Part shown: positions 17,836-17,974 of the stretch, piece after piece | How positions within the stretch are numbered: position 1 is the stretch's first letter | Layout of the letters: the number at the start of each line of letters is the position of its first letter | Source: Candidatus Muiribacteriota bacterium | GTDB taxonomy: Bacteria > Muiribacteriota > Muiribacteriia > Muiribacteriales > Muiribacteriaceae | Direction: 5' to 3' | NCBI GenBank assembly: GCA_051747805.1 | Contig: JBNJGP010000053.1 | Location: forward strand, 1-17,974 | DNA length: 17,974 bases | The notes under the pieces: generated by a model | What the model saw: only the letters and a program-made list of their open reading frames with translations | What the model was told of the DNA's origin: nothing | Database searches by the model: none | Position numbers and translations under genes: made by a program

Positions 17836-17974
17836 AAAATATTTCGGTACCGACGGCATTCGGGACAAAGTCGGTCAAGGGCTGATCCGACCTGATCAGA
17901 TTTTGAAGCTTGGCTGGGCACTGGGACATGTGTTGCAGGGTGCCGATAAGACAGAGCGCCCCAGCGTCATGATT
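17822..17974 (+). CDS. glmM: Phosphoglucosamine mutase, N-terminal fragment (runs off the window; not in the ORF track)
   Basis: Translates as [51 protein letters not shown], matching the GlmM N-terminus ([12 protein letters not shown]...I.P...LKLGWA.G). About 52% GC by hand count. Confidence 0.88.
   Translation, partial: MASDKKYFGTDGIRDKVGQGLIRPDQILKLGWALGHVLQGADKTERPSVMI

Noticed and set aside
17129..17921. ORFs 17129-17317(-) and 17523-17921(-)
   Set aside because: Antisense shadows; the second crosses the suspected chimeric junction.

Overview
An AT-rich (roughly 30% GC by eye) bacterial chromosomal window with mostly housekeeping or accessory genes. In order: clpB (with a sigma-54-type promoter), a DUF364 protein convergent with an FmdE-family protein, an orphan membrane histidine kinase, an M28 peptidase, a PAS hybrid kinase, a DUF1007/RcnA-like (ZevAB-like) metal transport pair, an rluB-like/M16 peptidase/Xaa-Pro aminopeptidase operon ending in two apparently paralogous unknown secreted proteins, a B12-dependent radical SAM enzyme with a C-terminal wHTH/RRE-like tail, and a lipoprotein-Ig-like-Na/Pi cotransporter fusion. 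That last gene breaks off at about 17797 into higher-GC DNA encoding the start of a proteobacterial-type GlmM, probably a chimeric junction. The most unusual non-coding signal is at 39-207: seven different hairpins joined by a near-invariant 6-nt linker (AGTAAA on the left arm, its reverse complement TTTACT on the right) at about 22-nt period. Other non-coding signals are a cluster of four perfect DnaA boxes with no dnaA nearby (5656-5906), a long imperfect hairpin (14844-14921) and repeated signs of leaderless transcription. All calls come from manual motif reading; no searches were run.
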